In this document: piece after piece, positions 9,901 to 18,592 of the stretch
Numbering within the stretch: position 1 is the first letter of the stretch
How the letters are laid out: every line of letters begins with the position of its first letter
Program-made: the position numbers and the translations under genes
Virus record (IMG/VR): IMGVR_UViG_3300025706_000001
Coordinates: 32,001-96,000 of that record
Reading direction: 5' to 3' (one strand)
Length of the DNA: 64,000 nt
DNA from: a virus
Taxonomy: Duplodnaviria; Caudoviricetes
Notes under the pieces: model-generated
Database searches by the model: none
Seen by the model: only the letters and a program-made list of their open reading frames with translations
Told to the model about the DNA's origin: nothing

Positions 9901-11107
9901 GTTCGGGAATCGTGACGTTCGGCGTCGGTGGGGCGGCGTTCTCGAACGTCGGGGATTGCTGCGACTCAGCTTGCTTTGGCTTAAAAGTGACAACTGGGCT
10001 TGCACTATCCGAGTCGGGCGAAGCGACGGCAGGCTTGTTCTCAAGGATCGGTGCGAGATGTTGCGATTCGACTGGCGGAGAGGCGGTGACGATCTCTTCA
10101 GCGGCTGGTGCGTCTGGCGGCCGAGTGGCAAGGGCAGGCAGTAGTTCAAAAGGCGTAACGTTCGGCGTTGGCGTCAATGTCGGAGCGTTCTCGATAGCCG
10201 CAGGTTCTGGCGACTTAGCCGGCTGCTGACCAAAGGTGAAAAGCGAGCTTATGTCCGATGGGCTAGTTTGTGGAGCGACAGCAGGTTGACTTGGCTCAAA
10301 TACGATTGGCTCTGGATTGACTACAGCAGGAGCGTTCTCAGCGGCTGGGATGAGTGGCTGCAATTTTGCTTGCGAATTGGCGTCAATAACGGCTCCGCCA
10401 GTGTCCAGCGGATTTGTCGATTGAGCTACAAAGGCAGGCGGCGGTTCGGGAAACGTGACAGCCAGAGTCTGTTTGACATCACTCTCAGCGGTCGTGATTT
10501 TGGGCGTCTCAACCTGCTGTGGTTCAAAAGTGACAATTGGATTTGTGCCCGAAAGTTCTGGCGTGACAGAGGCGGAACCATTCTCAATAATCGAAGGGAA
10601 TGGCTGCGGCTCGACTGGCGGAGGGGCAGTAGCAACGACTCTTCCAATGTCCGGTGAGCTTGCCGGTGGGGCAGCAAGAACGGCTTGTGGTTCTGGAAAC
10701 GTAATATCCGGCTGCGGCTCGTTTTTGATGTCTGGCTTCGCGACTGAAACAACCGCTGGCGATGTAGGCTGCTGTGTTTCAGTGGCAAGACCAAAAGCCT
10801 GCTCAATGATTTCTGATTTGGATTGATCGCCAAAGATGGCAGGACGCTTGACTTCAGGTTCAGCAGCCGAAGTAGTTGCTGAGACGGGCGAAACAGGATT
10901 GGCAGGTTCACCCGTTTCTTGCAGTGCGGCAGGCGGCTCGTTGCCAAGCAGACCACCCTGCTCTGAAACGCTAAACGCATCGGGGTTGGCGGCGAAGCTA
11001 ACCTTCTCGCCTTCGCCTGCCTCGGTCTCAGAGGCAGTGGCAAGACCCTTCATTAGTTCCGCCACCATCCTGACAATCAGAGCGTCTTGGATTGGGCCTT
11101 CGTCCAT
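6995..11107 (-). CDS. Tape-measure-position protein with a long Pro/Ala/Ser/Thr-rich repetitive N-terminal region
   Basis: 1370 aa directly after the frameshifting tail chaperone. The C-terminal ~250 aa are Ala/Gly-rich, helical and TMP-like. Confidence 0.6.
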   Translation of the reverse strand: MDEGPIQDALIVRMVAELMKGLATASETEAGEGEKVSFAANPDAFSVSEQGGLLGNEPPAALQETGEPANPVSPVSATTSAAEPEVKRPAIFGDQSKSEIIEQAFGLATETQQPTSPAVVSVAKPDIKNEPQPDITFPEPQAVLAAPPASSPDIGRVVATAPPPVEPQPFPSIIENGSASVTPELSGTNPIVTFEPQQVETPKITTAESDVKQTLAVTFPEPPPAFVAQSTNPLDTGGAVIDANSQAKLQPLIPAAENAPAVVNPEPIVFEPSQPAVAPQTSPSDISSLFTFGQQPAKSPEPAAIENAPTLTPTPNVTPFELLPALATRPPDAPAAEEIVTASPPVESQHLAPILENKPAVASPDSDSASPVVTFKPKQAESQQSPTFENAAPPTPNVTIPEPQAPAARPPDAPAAEEIVTATSPPARSQPFALDTEDAPIARPEGYPSTEAIFTFGQQQAESSLSQVPESIAVFGHPARPPSAEAIVVPSPTTSPASVAASPSTVQAPATPTPPTTTAPPHSPAPVVQLPAVNVGKPKGVDSVVNSPAGEPVTPPSAAVSPDNVAAPGPPPAASPTSIIAPSTTAETPPPLDTTSQPPAPVAPPVQPPAVSENKLDSSDSAEVLKPDVGSQSAKTPPAVANIAAPGPQPAVSPAPVKPPEPPQPAVASVGESQTPSSPSQTSNEYSLSRRFDYDWSRAAEEELPAVLEGQPAPGISSDALESGPEPQTAETPPPIAVNDGDTQKPQSLSSLPDFDLGTRFDDTHEWPLAIEYQAHQRFLEENAEVIESLRSTPRQFWTPEQRQQAKQIRKTKEAYKSLVLDVTQGPVQGPQPPPPPSPPAFGSERPIETESLFAVPRPAAASTPFWHEAGVRIGGAAEQARLQRIQSATAPAEFVADWTEPPPESPPQVALATIPEKYRGNLASDALSEAAQFEQIGATAAPESGLPVHGPEEASVEAVPTSMWTKMARRAKQAFQQTFHPPTTPFATQPRRLDPASFSEGTRDQPRSVFDQPDEEEPLSSPPDDDDFWSALPPVATGAQRRRGRAGRGGIAGGIFDALTGGQGGSQGGAGGGSRDVMHVWVDGGQLQLVDHINSLGAVTGKHLQSAQTSPASPVSPTGPTDDAAGDQNETSNALLSLLGIGGAAGPAAIVAAATYAGSRADQAVRGGIHSTTENASPFIGQTQSKIAGDAAEFGYDLANNSSPASLATRPDKVLATMASLPRHVTDWTEALLHSTEGLRQFSGTIGTMFAQAQVREITRGIQSAQATGGNLSEMSTAYQDLLDEVRPIKDALTNTISTVLAGLLWDIKEIVRYAKYLEYLPGIAPLVAIAKALEGKQQKDQTFFDAFARSWQTGEFSYRSTKPGPMAP
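9780..10730 (-). repeat. Degenerate ~240-bp (~80-aa) tandem repeats inside the tape-measure-slot gene
   Basis: Identical 41-bp copies at 9843-9883 and 10083-10123 (RPPDAPAAEEIVTA). 'VTF(P/E)..Q' units recur. Confidence 0.75.
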
Positions 11108-11111
11108 GTGT

Positions 11112-11722
11112 CTACCGCATCTGTTGCATCATTCGCCTCGACTCCATCATGAACCGGTCCTTCTCGAACTGGTACTCGGCTTCTTCTGGAGTCCTTGCCA
11201 TCGCGTCAAACCAGGACTTGTCTAGGCCGGTGCCGCCGAAGCAGCTTCCGATGGCTCCAGCGACGGATTGAAGGTTGTGGTAGGCTCGACGCTTGGCGAT
11301 TCGTTCGGCGTGGATGACGAGCCCGAACCGGGTTTCGGCGTCGAGGGGCTCCCAGGGAGCGGTCGTCCCAAGAGACGCAAAGGCATCGGCAACTGGCCTC
11401 GTTTTTTTTTGAGTTCCACGACGAAACTGAGCCACTGCCACCACACCCGGCAGAATTCCAAATCGGTCAGGCCGGTGCCGTCGGCTTCGTTGAATTCGGG
11501 GATGCCAATCCAAATCCTGGCCCTGCCGATGAGTTCCTGCACGGCCTCCATTTCGTTGTTCTCAAACCGCTTGATTGCGCTTTCAAGGTCGATCGTTTCG
11601 TCTGCCCACATGGCAAACCAGATCTTCATGGGGTCGGCGGCGCGATCTTTGGTGCCGTCGTGGAAGCGAAAGATGTCTCGTTCGGTGGTGGTTTCTGGCG
11701 TTCCGTCTTTGGTTTCTGCCAT
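11112..11722 (-). CDS. Tail assembly chaperone (gpG 11222-11722) with -1 frameshift extension (gpGT to 11112)
   Basis: A9 run (CTC AAA AAA AAA CGA) at 11402-11410. An overlapping ORF in the -1 frame ends at 11112 just before the TMP-slot gene. Classic lambda G/GT arrangement. Confidence 0.8.
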
Positions 11723-11724
11723 TG

Positions 11725-12318
11725 TTAGGTCCTTGGGTGGGTTAGTGCGTAAAGAGTTTGGTGAGATTCAGTCCACGGATACGGGTAGGCTGGATCGCAG
11801 GGATCTTCCCCGTCGCCGTACTCAAGGATCTTGCAGTCACAGGCGTTGTCAATGTGACACTCAAACAGCAAGATGAATGCTTGATGTCGCGTGCCCATTG
11901 TCCATTTTCGACCCTGGCGAAGAACGGCCTTGGCGAACGTGACGATGTATTCTTTACTGGTTAGAACCAGTTCTTCCAACCCGTCGTCCTGCCGCATGTA
12001 CCAGCCAGCACGAGGCATGATTCCAGGCGCAGTAATGCGAGCATCTTCAGTCGCAATACTACTGAGGTTTTTAAGAGTCGTCTGGTTGAACCGATTCAGC
12101 GAGCAGCGGACGTAGATAAGCGATCCAAGATACTGCACGTCACAGGGCGGCCCTTCAGAGCCACCGAATCCATCGCTCTTGACTTCGTGGAAGAAGGGCG
12201 TTTCGTCGATTTGGATTCGGTCCTCGGAGTAGCCCAGATTGTAGCCGTGGAATTGGACCAACGTCGGCCCAGTGGCGAAGTGCGGAAACGACTGGGGTAC
12301 TACTCCGAGGAAAGGCAT
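11725..12318 (-). CDS. Tail tube-like protein (paralogue 2)
   Basis: Clear similarity to 12363-12986 (TG.TLV.F..LGY.EDR.QIDE.P; VQYLGS..YV.C.LNRFN; LRQG....MG.RHQ...L.FECHI). Lies just before the chaperone. Confidence 0.6.
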   Translation of the reverse strand: MPFLGVVPQSFPHFATGPTLVQFHGYNLGYSEDRIQIDETPFFHEVKSDGFGGSEGPPCDVQYLGSLIYVRCSLNRFNQTTLKNLSSIATEDARITAPGIMPRAGWYMRQDDGLEELVLTSKEYIVTFAKAVLRQGRKWTMGTRHQAFILLFECHIDNACDCKILEYGDGEDPCDPAYPYPWTESHQTLYALTHPRT

Positions 12319-12362
12319 AGTGGCAACTCGCGGCTTTGCTTACGTGCCAAGTGGGATGTCAA

Positions 12363-12986
12363 TTAGGTACAGGGGTTTGTACCGGCTGCGATTTCGTACA
12401 ACTCCAGGTCGCACGGGCTGTAGATGTGGCACTCAAACACGAGCATCACCTGCTGGTGCCGAACACCCATGTTAAACCGCTTTCCTTGCCGCAGAAATGC
12501 CTTGTGGAAAGTCAAGTTTTCTGTAGCAGACGACAGTCGTAGGGTTTCCATGTAGGTGATCGTCGCGTTGTCACCCTGTCGCATGAACGCGCCCATCGGC
12601 CCACTAACGACATCGCCAGTCGTTCCAGTCATCTGATTGGCCACTTCTGCGCCAACGACCTGAGAAAGTGACGGGTGAATAGAGGACAACTTCTTGATGT
12701 GGTAGTCATTGAACCGATTCAGGTTGCAATGGACGTAGACGACAGACCCGAGGTACTGGACCTCCGAAGGAATCCCGGCCATGCCGCCGAAGATGTCGTT
12801 CCTGATGTCTTCCCACTGAGGTCTCTCGTCGATCTGAACTCGGTCTTCGCAGTAGCCAAGTTTCAGCATCGTAGCGTCGTCACCGGAACCTGTATCTGCG
12901 GCACTGCCAAACTCAACGAGCGTTGCGCCGGTACTGCGATGCGGGAATCCCATCGGAAGAATGCCGCTAAAAACGCCAGCTGCCAT
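12363..12986 (-). CDS. Tail tube-like protein (paralogue 1)
   Basis: 207 aa between the adaptor and the chaperone; paralogous to the downstream gene. Confidence 0.6.
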   Translation of the reverse strand: MAAGVFSGILPMGFPHRSTGATLVEFGSAADTGSGDDATMLKLGYCEDRVQIDERPQWEDIRNDIFGGMAGIPSEVQYLGSVVYVHCNLNRFNDYHIKKLSSIHPSLSQVVGAEVANQMTGTTGDVVSGPMGAFMRQGDNATITYMETLRLSSATENLTFHKAFLRQGKRFNMGVRHQQVMLVFECHIYSPCDLELYEIAAGTNPCT

Positions 12987-13001
12987 GTTCGTTCTCCTTC
13001 T

Positions 13002-13511
13002 TTAACGTCCTGCGGGCAAACGGTTCCATCTGGGAACGAGGTGCCTGCCCATCTGTTCTGGGTAAAAGTTCAGGTTTGTGTAATCAACAACCGTCGGAGC
13101 AGTTGTGTCTGGGTTTGCGGCGTTGATGTGGTCGTCCAGGTTGAACAGGTTCTCGCCGTTTCGCAGTGCTTTCAGATAGGCTTGCGCCAGTTCTGTGTAA
13201 GCCTTGGCCTGTTCCATGTGGTAGCCCGGCCGACGTTCGTAAAGGTCGGCCATCGCAATCGTACAGACGATCTTCTTCAGGAACCCCAGCGAGTTGCCCG
13301 TCAGTGATTCCAGGTCGGCAGGCAGATACCGCTTGCCGGATAGCATCGCAGACTCGACTTGGCCGGACGCATCCACGAGCAGCTCACTCAACACATCGCT
13401 GGCAAGCAGCTCTGCGTCAGTGGGCGTGTCGTTCATGTCCCCCATTAACTCGCCGATGAGCCGTTTGTCACGGCGAGTTATGAGGTCCGAAATGGATGCG
13501 TAGGCGGCCAC
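13002..13511 (-). CDS. Head-tail adaptor (Mu gp36/DUF1320-like)
   Basis: 'YASISDL...L..AS..V.S....RY.P...L....C.IA...LY.RR.....Y..A...L.....G' pattern, directly after the capsid gene. Confidence 0.75.
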   Translation of the reverse strand: MAAYASISDLITRRDKRLIGELMGDMNDTPTDAELLASDVLSELLVDASGQVESAMLSGKRYLPADLESLTGNSLGFLKKIVCTIAMADLYERRPGYHMEQAKAYTELAQAYLKALRNGENLFNLDDHINAANPDTTAPTVVDYTNLNFYPEQMGRHLVPRWNRLPAGR

Positions 13512-13514
13512 AGA

Positions 13515-14600
13515 TTAGTCTCCGCTGCTGCTGTCGGTCGTCTCGGTGACGCCACGGAACAGGAAGCCGCTGACTGGTGCGGTCATGATCGGATCAAAGT
13601 GATCGACCACGCGGTGATCCCACCTGCGGTTGTCCACGTCCTTCTTGGTTTCCACGGTCATTTCTTCTTTGAAGAAGATCGTGATCGTGGAGAACGACGG
13701 GCCACCACCAGCGACGGCTTCGATTCCTCCCGGCCGGGCCAGAACGAACACGTTGCCTTCGGTCATCGCCCAGTCGTCCGTCGTGGTGGTCGCACCGCGT
13801 TCGCTTGTGACCTTCACGGCGTCTTCGATGACCACGGGCAGGCCGTAGAGCGTCGGGGGCATCCCGTAGAAGTCCAGGCCCCACTTCGCGCCTTCGGTGA
13901 TCTGCGGCGCGCTGGCCTGCTGCTTCACGAAGTCGATGATCTCTTGCGAGAGAGCGATCTTCGCAGCCGTGGCCGGGGACATGACCAGCATGAGGTCCTT
14001 GTGCGTCACGACGCCACGAGTACCCTTCTGGATGACCTGCACGGCGTAGGTGATCGACCGCTTGATGTCCATCAGCGAGGTCGTGGAGGCTTCCCAGCTG
14101 TAGCTGGTGTTTCCAGAAATCTCGTTGGTCCACTTGACGTGGGTCGAGTCCCAGTTGGCGACCGTTTCCAGCTGCTGGATGGTCTTCACCGTCCGCGCCG
14201 TCATGGCCTTCTGGGCGTTGAACATCTTGTGGACGCCCTCGATGTCCCAGTCGGCCTCCTCCATCGCCAGCTCGCCCAATTGCATAGGGTAGGCGTACCG
14301 AGTGGCCCGGTAGGACTCGTAACGAAACTGCTCCGTGTGGGTTCGCTTGGGGGCGTCGCCGCCGTCGGGCCACACGTAGTCGTTCAAGTCGGCGTCCAGG
14401 ATGCGGGCACATTCATCTGCCTTGATCCGCAAGAACAGGCCCGCGCTTTTGGTCACGGGTCGGTACTGGGCGTATCGCGGCAGGGCGAACTTCGACGGGT
14501 CGCGACTGAACGTGATGATCAGGTTGCCCGTAGCGTCGGGGTTCTGCACATAGGTGTTATATGCACCGGGCAGGGCGTAAGTTCCGGTCGAGAGCGGCAT
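13515..14600 (-). CDS. Major capsid protein
   Basis: 361 aa with strongly biased codon usage, after the scaffold and decoration genes. Lambda-E-like C-terminal 'P.....SGFLF' motif. Confidence 0.8.
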   Translation of the reverse strand: MPLSTGTYALPGAYNTYVQNPDATGNLIITFSRDPSKFALPRYAQYRPVTKSAGLFLRIKADECARILDADLNDYVWPDGGDAPKRTHTEQFRYESYRATRYAYPMQLGELAMEEADWDIEGVHKMFNAQKAMTARTVKTIQQLETVANWDSTHVKWTNEISGNTSYSWEASTTSLMDIKRSITYAVQVIQKGTRGVVTHKDLMLVMSPATAAKIALSQEIIDFVKQQASAPQITEGAKWGLDFYGMPPTLYGLPVVIEDAVKVTSERGATTTTDDWAMTEGNVFVLARPGGIEAVAGGGPSFSTITIFFKEEMTVETKKDVDNRRWDHRVVDHFDPIMTAPVSGFLFRGVTETTDSSSGD

Positions 14601-14666
14601 GGTAAATCTCCTTGGTTCCGGACATGCACCCCGTTCTTTGGCTACGGCACGTCGCGTTGCAGTGGG

Positions 14667-15074
14667 TTAGGCGTTCTTCTGGTAGATCATGACGTGAATC
14701 CAGGCTTTCTCGCCGGACGAATATGCGACACCTCGCTGGCAGATGCCAACGACGTAGTTGCCGGCAGTCGCAATCATCGCCACGCCATTGGTGCCGGCCA
14801 TGACTTCACAGCCATCCGTCAGCGTTTCGCCGATCTCAACTTCCGCCACATCGCCTGGACCGTGAACGCGAACAGGTTCTTGGTCCAGCGCCGCATAGGC
14901 GGTCGTGACAGACGGGATCGGTGCCTCGCGAGTTCCGTTGAAAACGACGCCAACAGGTACTGCCGAGCCGTCGTCAGCCATCAGAACTGCGTTGTTTTCG
15001 TCGGTGGCTCGTTTGACGATCCGAGCAGGATACAGGTTTTCACCGGCCACATAATTCGGGTTCAAGAGCGGCAT
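14667..15074 (-). CDS. Capsid decoration/cement protein (DUF2190-like)
   Basis: 135 aa, Gly/Ala-rich beta protein ('PVGV...V.V.G.G......G..L..G..V.....G.A') immediately upstream of the MCP. Confidence 0.7.
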   Translation of the reverse strand: MPLLNPNYVAGENLYPARIVKRATDENNAVLMADDGSAVPVGVVFNGTREAPIPSVTTAYAALDQEPVRVHGPGDVAEVEIGETLTDGCEVMAGTNGVAMIATAGNYVVGICQRGVAYSSGEKAWIHVMIYQKNA

Positions 15075-15117
15075 AGTTCTTCTCCTTCAAGTAACCGGAC
15101 GGAAGCCGGTGGTTGAG

Positions 15118-16977
15118 TTACTTCGTCAGTTCCTCGCGAGCGATCCGCTTCGCTTCCTCGTAGGCCATGACCTTGCCGGGGTTCTTGCTCGCGTAGTCGG
15201 TCGCGATCTTGACGGCTCGCTGGTTGATCTTCTGGGACATCGCGTACTTCTCCGGCGATCCCAAATCTTCTTCCGTCTTCGGGGCGTCCCCGGTCGGGAT
15301 ATAGACGCTGGCCTTGGCGTGCTTCTCGGCGTAACGCTCAACGTCGGCGATGTGTTTCTCGAACTCCGCATCCGTCATGCTGCCCTTCTGGCTATACAGG
15401 CATCGTTCCAGTTCTTCACTGGCGTCGATGAACGTCGGGAAGCGGCTTTGCAAGTCCGAGATTTTGGCGCGGCGAGCGTGATTGGCGTTAACTCGCTCCA
15501 ACTGCTGAATGCGAGCGTGCATGGTGGCCATGTCCTTCAGGGCCTCGTTGTGCGAGCGCTGAAGTTGGGTGTACTTTTCGACAACGGCATTGCCTGAAGT
15601 GCTCATGGATCGTTTCTCCGGTTCGGGTTCCTCTTCGGTTGGTGCCTCACCGGACGGTTCGCCTTCCGGTCCAGGCGTGGGTTCGGGTTCTTCTCCTCCG
15701 CCAAGGTCATCGCCTTCTCCGCTTCCAAGGGCGTCCAAGTCTCCCAGGTCGTCGCCTTCGGGCGCGATTCCGAGGCCCTGGTCCATCGCTTCGTCGCCGC
15801 CCTGGTCGAGTCCGCCTTCTAGGCCCTCGTCACCTCCCAAGCCCGCGCCACCGCCCTGAATGGCCTCAATGAGTCCATCGGGCGTCTTGAATGCTTCGAG
15901 CAGCTTGGTCAGGAAGTCGAACTGGGGAGTCTGCGAGATTGCGTGAATGACCTGCTGAAGGTCTTGCGGTGCCAGCATGGGCATGGCGTTATCTCCTGTT
16001 GATTGGGTAATGGGAGTCGCCTTGCCAGCCGGCTCGGCGGCGTAACGGTCTTTGGATTTGGGCGGTGGAATCGGGGGGCCAGCGGATGCTGTTGGAATGC
16101 GAGAGGTGACATTCGATCGAGGCGATGAAACGCTGCCGATTTTCTGCTTTTGCGTTATGGCGTTGCGAGCGATGACTGGAGGCTGTTCGTCTGTTTCCTG
16201 ATGCGGATCATGCCCCCAAGCATACTTTCCTTCCGGCTGTTTTTTAGGCTTGCGCTGATCGCCAATCATCGACGGCACAAACGTGTTCCCGCCCGGCGAA
16301 GCATAGTTGCCGGCAAAGGTGTACTTCTCCACCGTGGCGTCTTGGTAGGCGAACTGAGTGAATCGCTGCGGAAGCGGAAGCCGAGGTGCCTCAGAGCCAA
16401 TGGCCGCGATTGGGTCAAAATGCGCCCGGCCATCCTTGAACGTCCAAAGCTCGACCGATCGGCGGGGCTTCTCTTCCCGAAGCGTCTTGACGTGCTCTTT
16501 CTTCTGGTACTCGTCGTGAAAGACGGCCCAGCGAGGCTTCTTGTGGCCGATCAGACCGAGCCGATAGTTCCCGGCGTACCCAAGGATCGGCGGTTCACGC
16601 TGAGTGGGGTCTTCCGGGTTCGATGTGTGACCGTCGGAAATGGCTGGGAACGCGCCCACGTCGGAAATGCGGTCGTTGTTCCCCCGAACGATCTTGGCAA
16701 GCTCTTTCAGGTCGTACTTGCGGTGCTCGCCCTTGGCGGTGGTTGTCTCGTGCTCGGAGAATACGCAGATGCCCTTGTCGAGTTCGTACCGATCGGGGTT
16801 GAACTTGCGGGCGGCCATCTTCTCAGCGTCGGTCGGCCCCCGGTACTGCCCCCACATCGACCAGACCGCTTCGTTGAACTCTTCCGGATCAACGCCCTTG
16901 GCGAACTTGGCACAGCGAACGGTGTAGCGTTCGAGTGATTCGTTCTGTTCGGGAATCGGTAACTTGATCGTTGACAT
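15118..16977 (-). CDS. Prohead protease-scaffold fusion
   Basis: Globular N-half ('ISDGHT', 'RRSVEL'), an acidic linker and a coiled-coil C-terminus. Canonical position before decoration/MCP. Confidence 0.65.
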   Translation of the reverse strand: MSTIKLPIPEQNESLERYTVRCAKFAKGVDPEEFNEAVWSMWGQYRGPTDAEKMAARKFNPDRYELDKGICVFSEHETTTAKGEHRKYDLKELAKIVRGNNDRISDVGAFPAISDGHTSNPEDPTQREPPILGYAGNYRLGLIGHKKPRWAVFHDEYQKKEHVKTLREEKPRRSVELWTFKDGRAHFDPIAAIGSEAPRLPLPQRFTQFAYQDATVEKYTFAGNYASPGGNTFVPSMIGDQRKPKKQPEGKYAWGHDPHQETDEQPPVIARNAITQKQKIGSVSSPRSNVTSRIPTASAGPPIPPPKSKDRYAAEPAGKATPITQSTGDNAMPMLAPQDLQQVIHAISQTPQFDFLTKLLEAFKTPDGLIEAIQGGGAGLGGDEGLEGGLDQGGDEAMDQGLGIAPEGDDLGDLDALGSGEGDDLGGGEEPEPTPGPEGEPSGEAPTEEEPEPEKRSMSTSGNAVVEKYTQLQRSHNEALKDMATMHARIQQLERVNANHARRAKISDLQSRFPTFIDASEELERCLYSQKGSMTDAEFEKHIADVERYAEKHAKASVYIPTGDAPKTEEDLGSPEKYAMSQKINQRAVKIATDYASKNPGKVMAYEEAKRIAREELTK

Positions 16978-16992
16978 GGAGTTACGCAAGCA

Positions 16993-18204
16993 TTAACAGA
17001 GCACCAATGAACAACTCTCGTCTTTGGGTCGGGTAGTGTCCCGGATCGTTTTTCGCGAGCCGGTCGATCCCGTTGCACGCTCGCCGTAGCCGGCCACGTT
17101 AGGCAACGCCGGGCGCACTACCGCCCGGTGCAGAATGTTCAAGGCAGCGTTGTGATCGCGGCCCAGAACAAGCCCACAACTTTGACAAGAATGAACTCGT
17201 TCGGAGAGCGACTTTGGAACCCGATCTCCGCAGCGCGAACAGTCCTGTGACGTATAACGAGCATCGACTGAGACCAACTGACCACCGGCGCATTCTGCCT
17301 TGTAAGCCAGCATAAATCGCAATCGACCCCAGGCCGCGTCGTTGATTGACTTCGACAAATGCGACCGAGTGAGGCCTTTGATGTTCAAGTCTTCGACGGC
17401 AATCAAGTTGAATCGACGTACCAAGTCCGCCGATACTTGATGCAGGTACGTGCTTCGCGTATTGCGGATTGTCTCGTGAATTCGCTGGACTTTCGCCTTG
17501 GCTTTCGTGCGGCCGTTACTGCCTTTCTGACATCGCGAGAAGGCACGGTGGGCAACTCGCAAGCACTTCTCTGCACGAGCTGTCGGTCGAACGTTCGGGA
17601 TGCTTTCACCAGTCGAAAGCGTCGCTAACGATGTCAGCCCCACATCAATGCCAACCTTTGTCACAATCGGCTTTTTTTCTGGCGATGGAACCCGCAAAAC
17701 CAGGGCAACTTCCCACTTGTTGTTCGCTTTTCGCTTGAACGAACACGACAAGATTTTTTCGTACTCGGGAAGCGGACGGTGAAGATTGACTCTCAATCCA
17801 CCGCTAATGCCTTTGACTCTCAACTGCTTGCTAGTCAAGCGAACTCCAATGAATTCATTGAAGGCAAACGTTCTAAAGCGGTGATGACTACGAAAACGAG
17901 GATATCCAGCCTTGTCATGGCGGTTGACTCGACTGAAGAATCCGGAAAATGCACGATCCAAGAGCTTTAATGTTCCTCGCTGAATACTGAGTGGAAGCGA
18001 CGCCATTTTGCTGTCATTGGATCGCAGGTAGGTTAGCCACCGGCTTTGATCGACATACGAAACGTACACGCCGTAAGTTTCGTAGGCAAAAGTTCTCCAA
18101 CTTAACGCTTCGTTGTACAGCCACCGTTGCTGGGACAGGATTGAGTCAAGCTCAGATCGCTGTTTTACGGTGGTTCGGAGTTGGTAACGGTACGTAATGA
18201 TCAT
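16993..18204 (-). CDS. tnpB: TnpB RNA-guided endonuclease, solo copy 1
   Basis: N-terminal HTH 'YRYQL', RuvC GIDVG / AVEDL / RDHNAA intact, Zn ribbon CSRCG...CQSCG. No tnpA nearby. Confidence 0.95.
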   Translation of the reverse strand: MIITYRYQLRTTVKQRSELDSILSQQRWLYNEALSWRTFAYETYGVYVSYVDQSRWLTYLRSNDSKMASLPLSIQRGTLKLLDRAFSGFFSRVNRHDKAGYPRFRSHHRFRTFAFNEFIGVRLTSKQLRVKGISGGLRVNLHRPLPEYEKILSCSFKRKANNKWEVALVLRVPSPEKKPIVTKVGIDVGLTSLATLSTGESIPNVRPTARAEKCLRVAHRAFSRCQKGSNGRTKAKAKVQRIHETIRNTRSTYLHQVSADLVRRFNLIAVEDLNIKGLTRSHLSKSINDAAWGRLRFMLAYKAECAGGQLVSVDARYTSQDCSRCGDRVPKSLSERVHSCQSCGLVLGRDHNAALNILHRAVVRPALPNVAGYGERATGSTGSRKTIRDTTRPKDESCSLVLC

Positions 18205-18303
18205 TGTTTGGGCGTCAAAAACGAAAGGTCGCCGCACGTTTTTACATGGGGCGACCTCTCGTCTATGAGTCGGTCTGTAAGTTGAATGGCAGCTTCGCGC
18301 CGC

Positions 18304-18558
18304 CTAGCCTACGGGAACGTGTTCCTTGATTCTGAACCGGTCAGTGAACTCCACGCCGTCGTGCTTCTCGGTCGCGTTGGCATTCATCACGCGGCCACGG
18401 ATGACCTGAAACTGGATGTTGGCGTCCAGGTAAAGCTCAGGGTTGCGGTCGATGCGGCTCAAAAGTTCTTTTCGGAACAATGCCCATCGCTCGTCCAACA
18501 GGGATTCGTTGGCCAGTCGTTGCGTTGCTCGGTGACCGTTTCCGTTGTTTCCATTCAT
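18304..18558 (-). CDS. Small hypothetical protein
   Basis: ATG at 18558, downstream of a TTGACT-17-GATATT promoter-like sequence. Confidence 0.55.
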   Translation of the reverse strand: MNGNNGNGHRATQRLANESLLDERWALFRKELLSRIDRNPELYLDANIQFQVIRGRVMNANATEKHDGVEFTDRFRIKEHVPVG

Positions 18559-18592
18559 ACTTCTGGTAATATCGCTATCTACGGATAGTGAG

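Noticed and set aside
13599-15116. 505-aa plus-strand ORF
   Set aside because: Antisense shadow of the high-GC3 capsid/decoration genes; no motifs.
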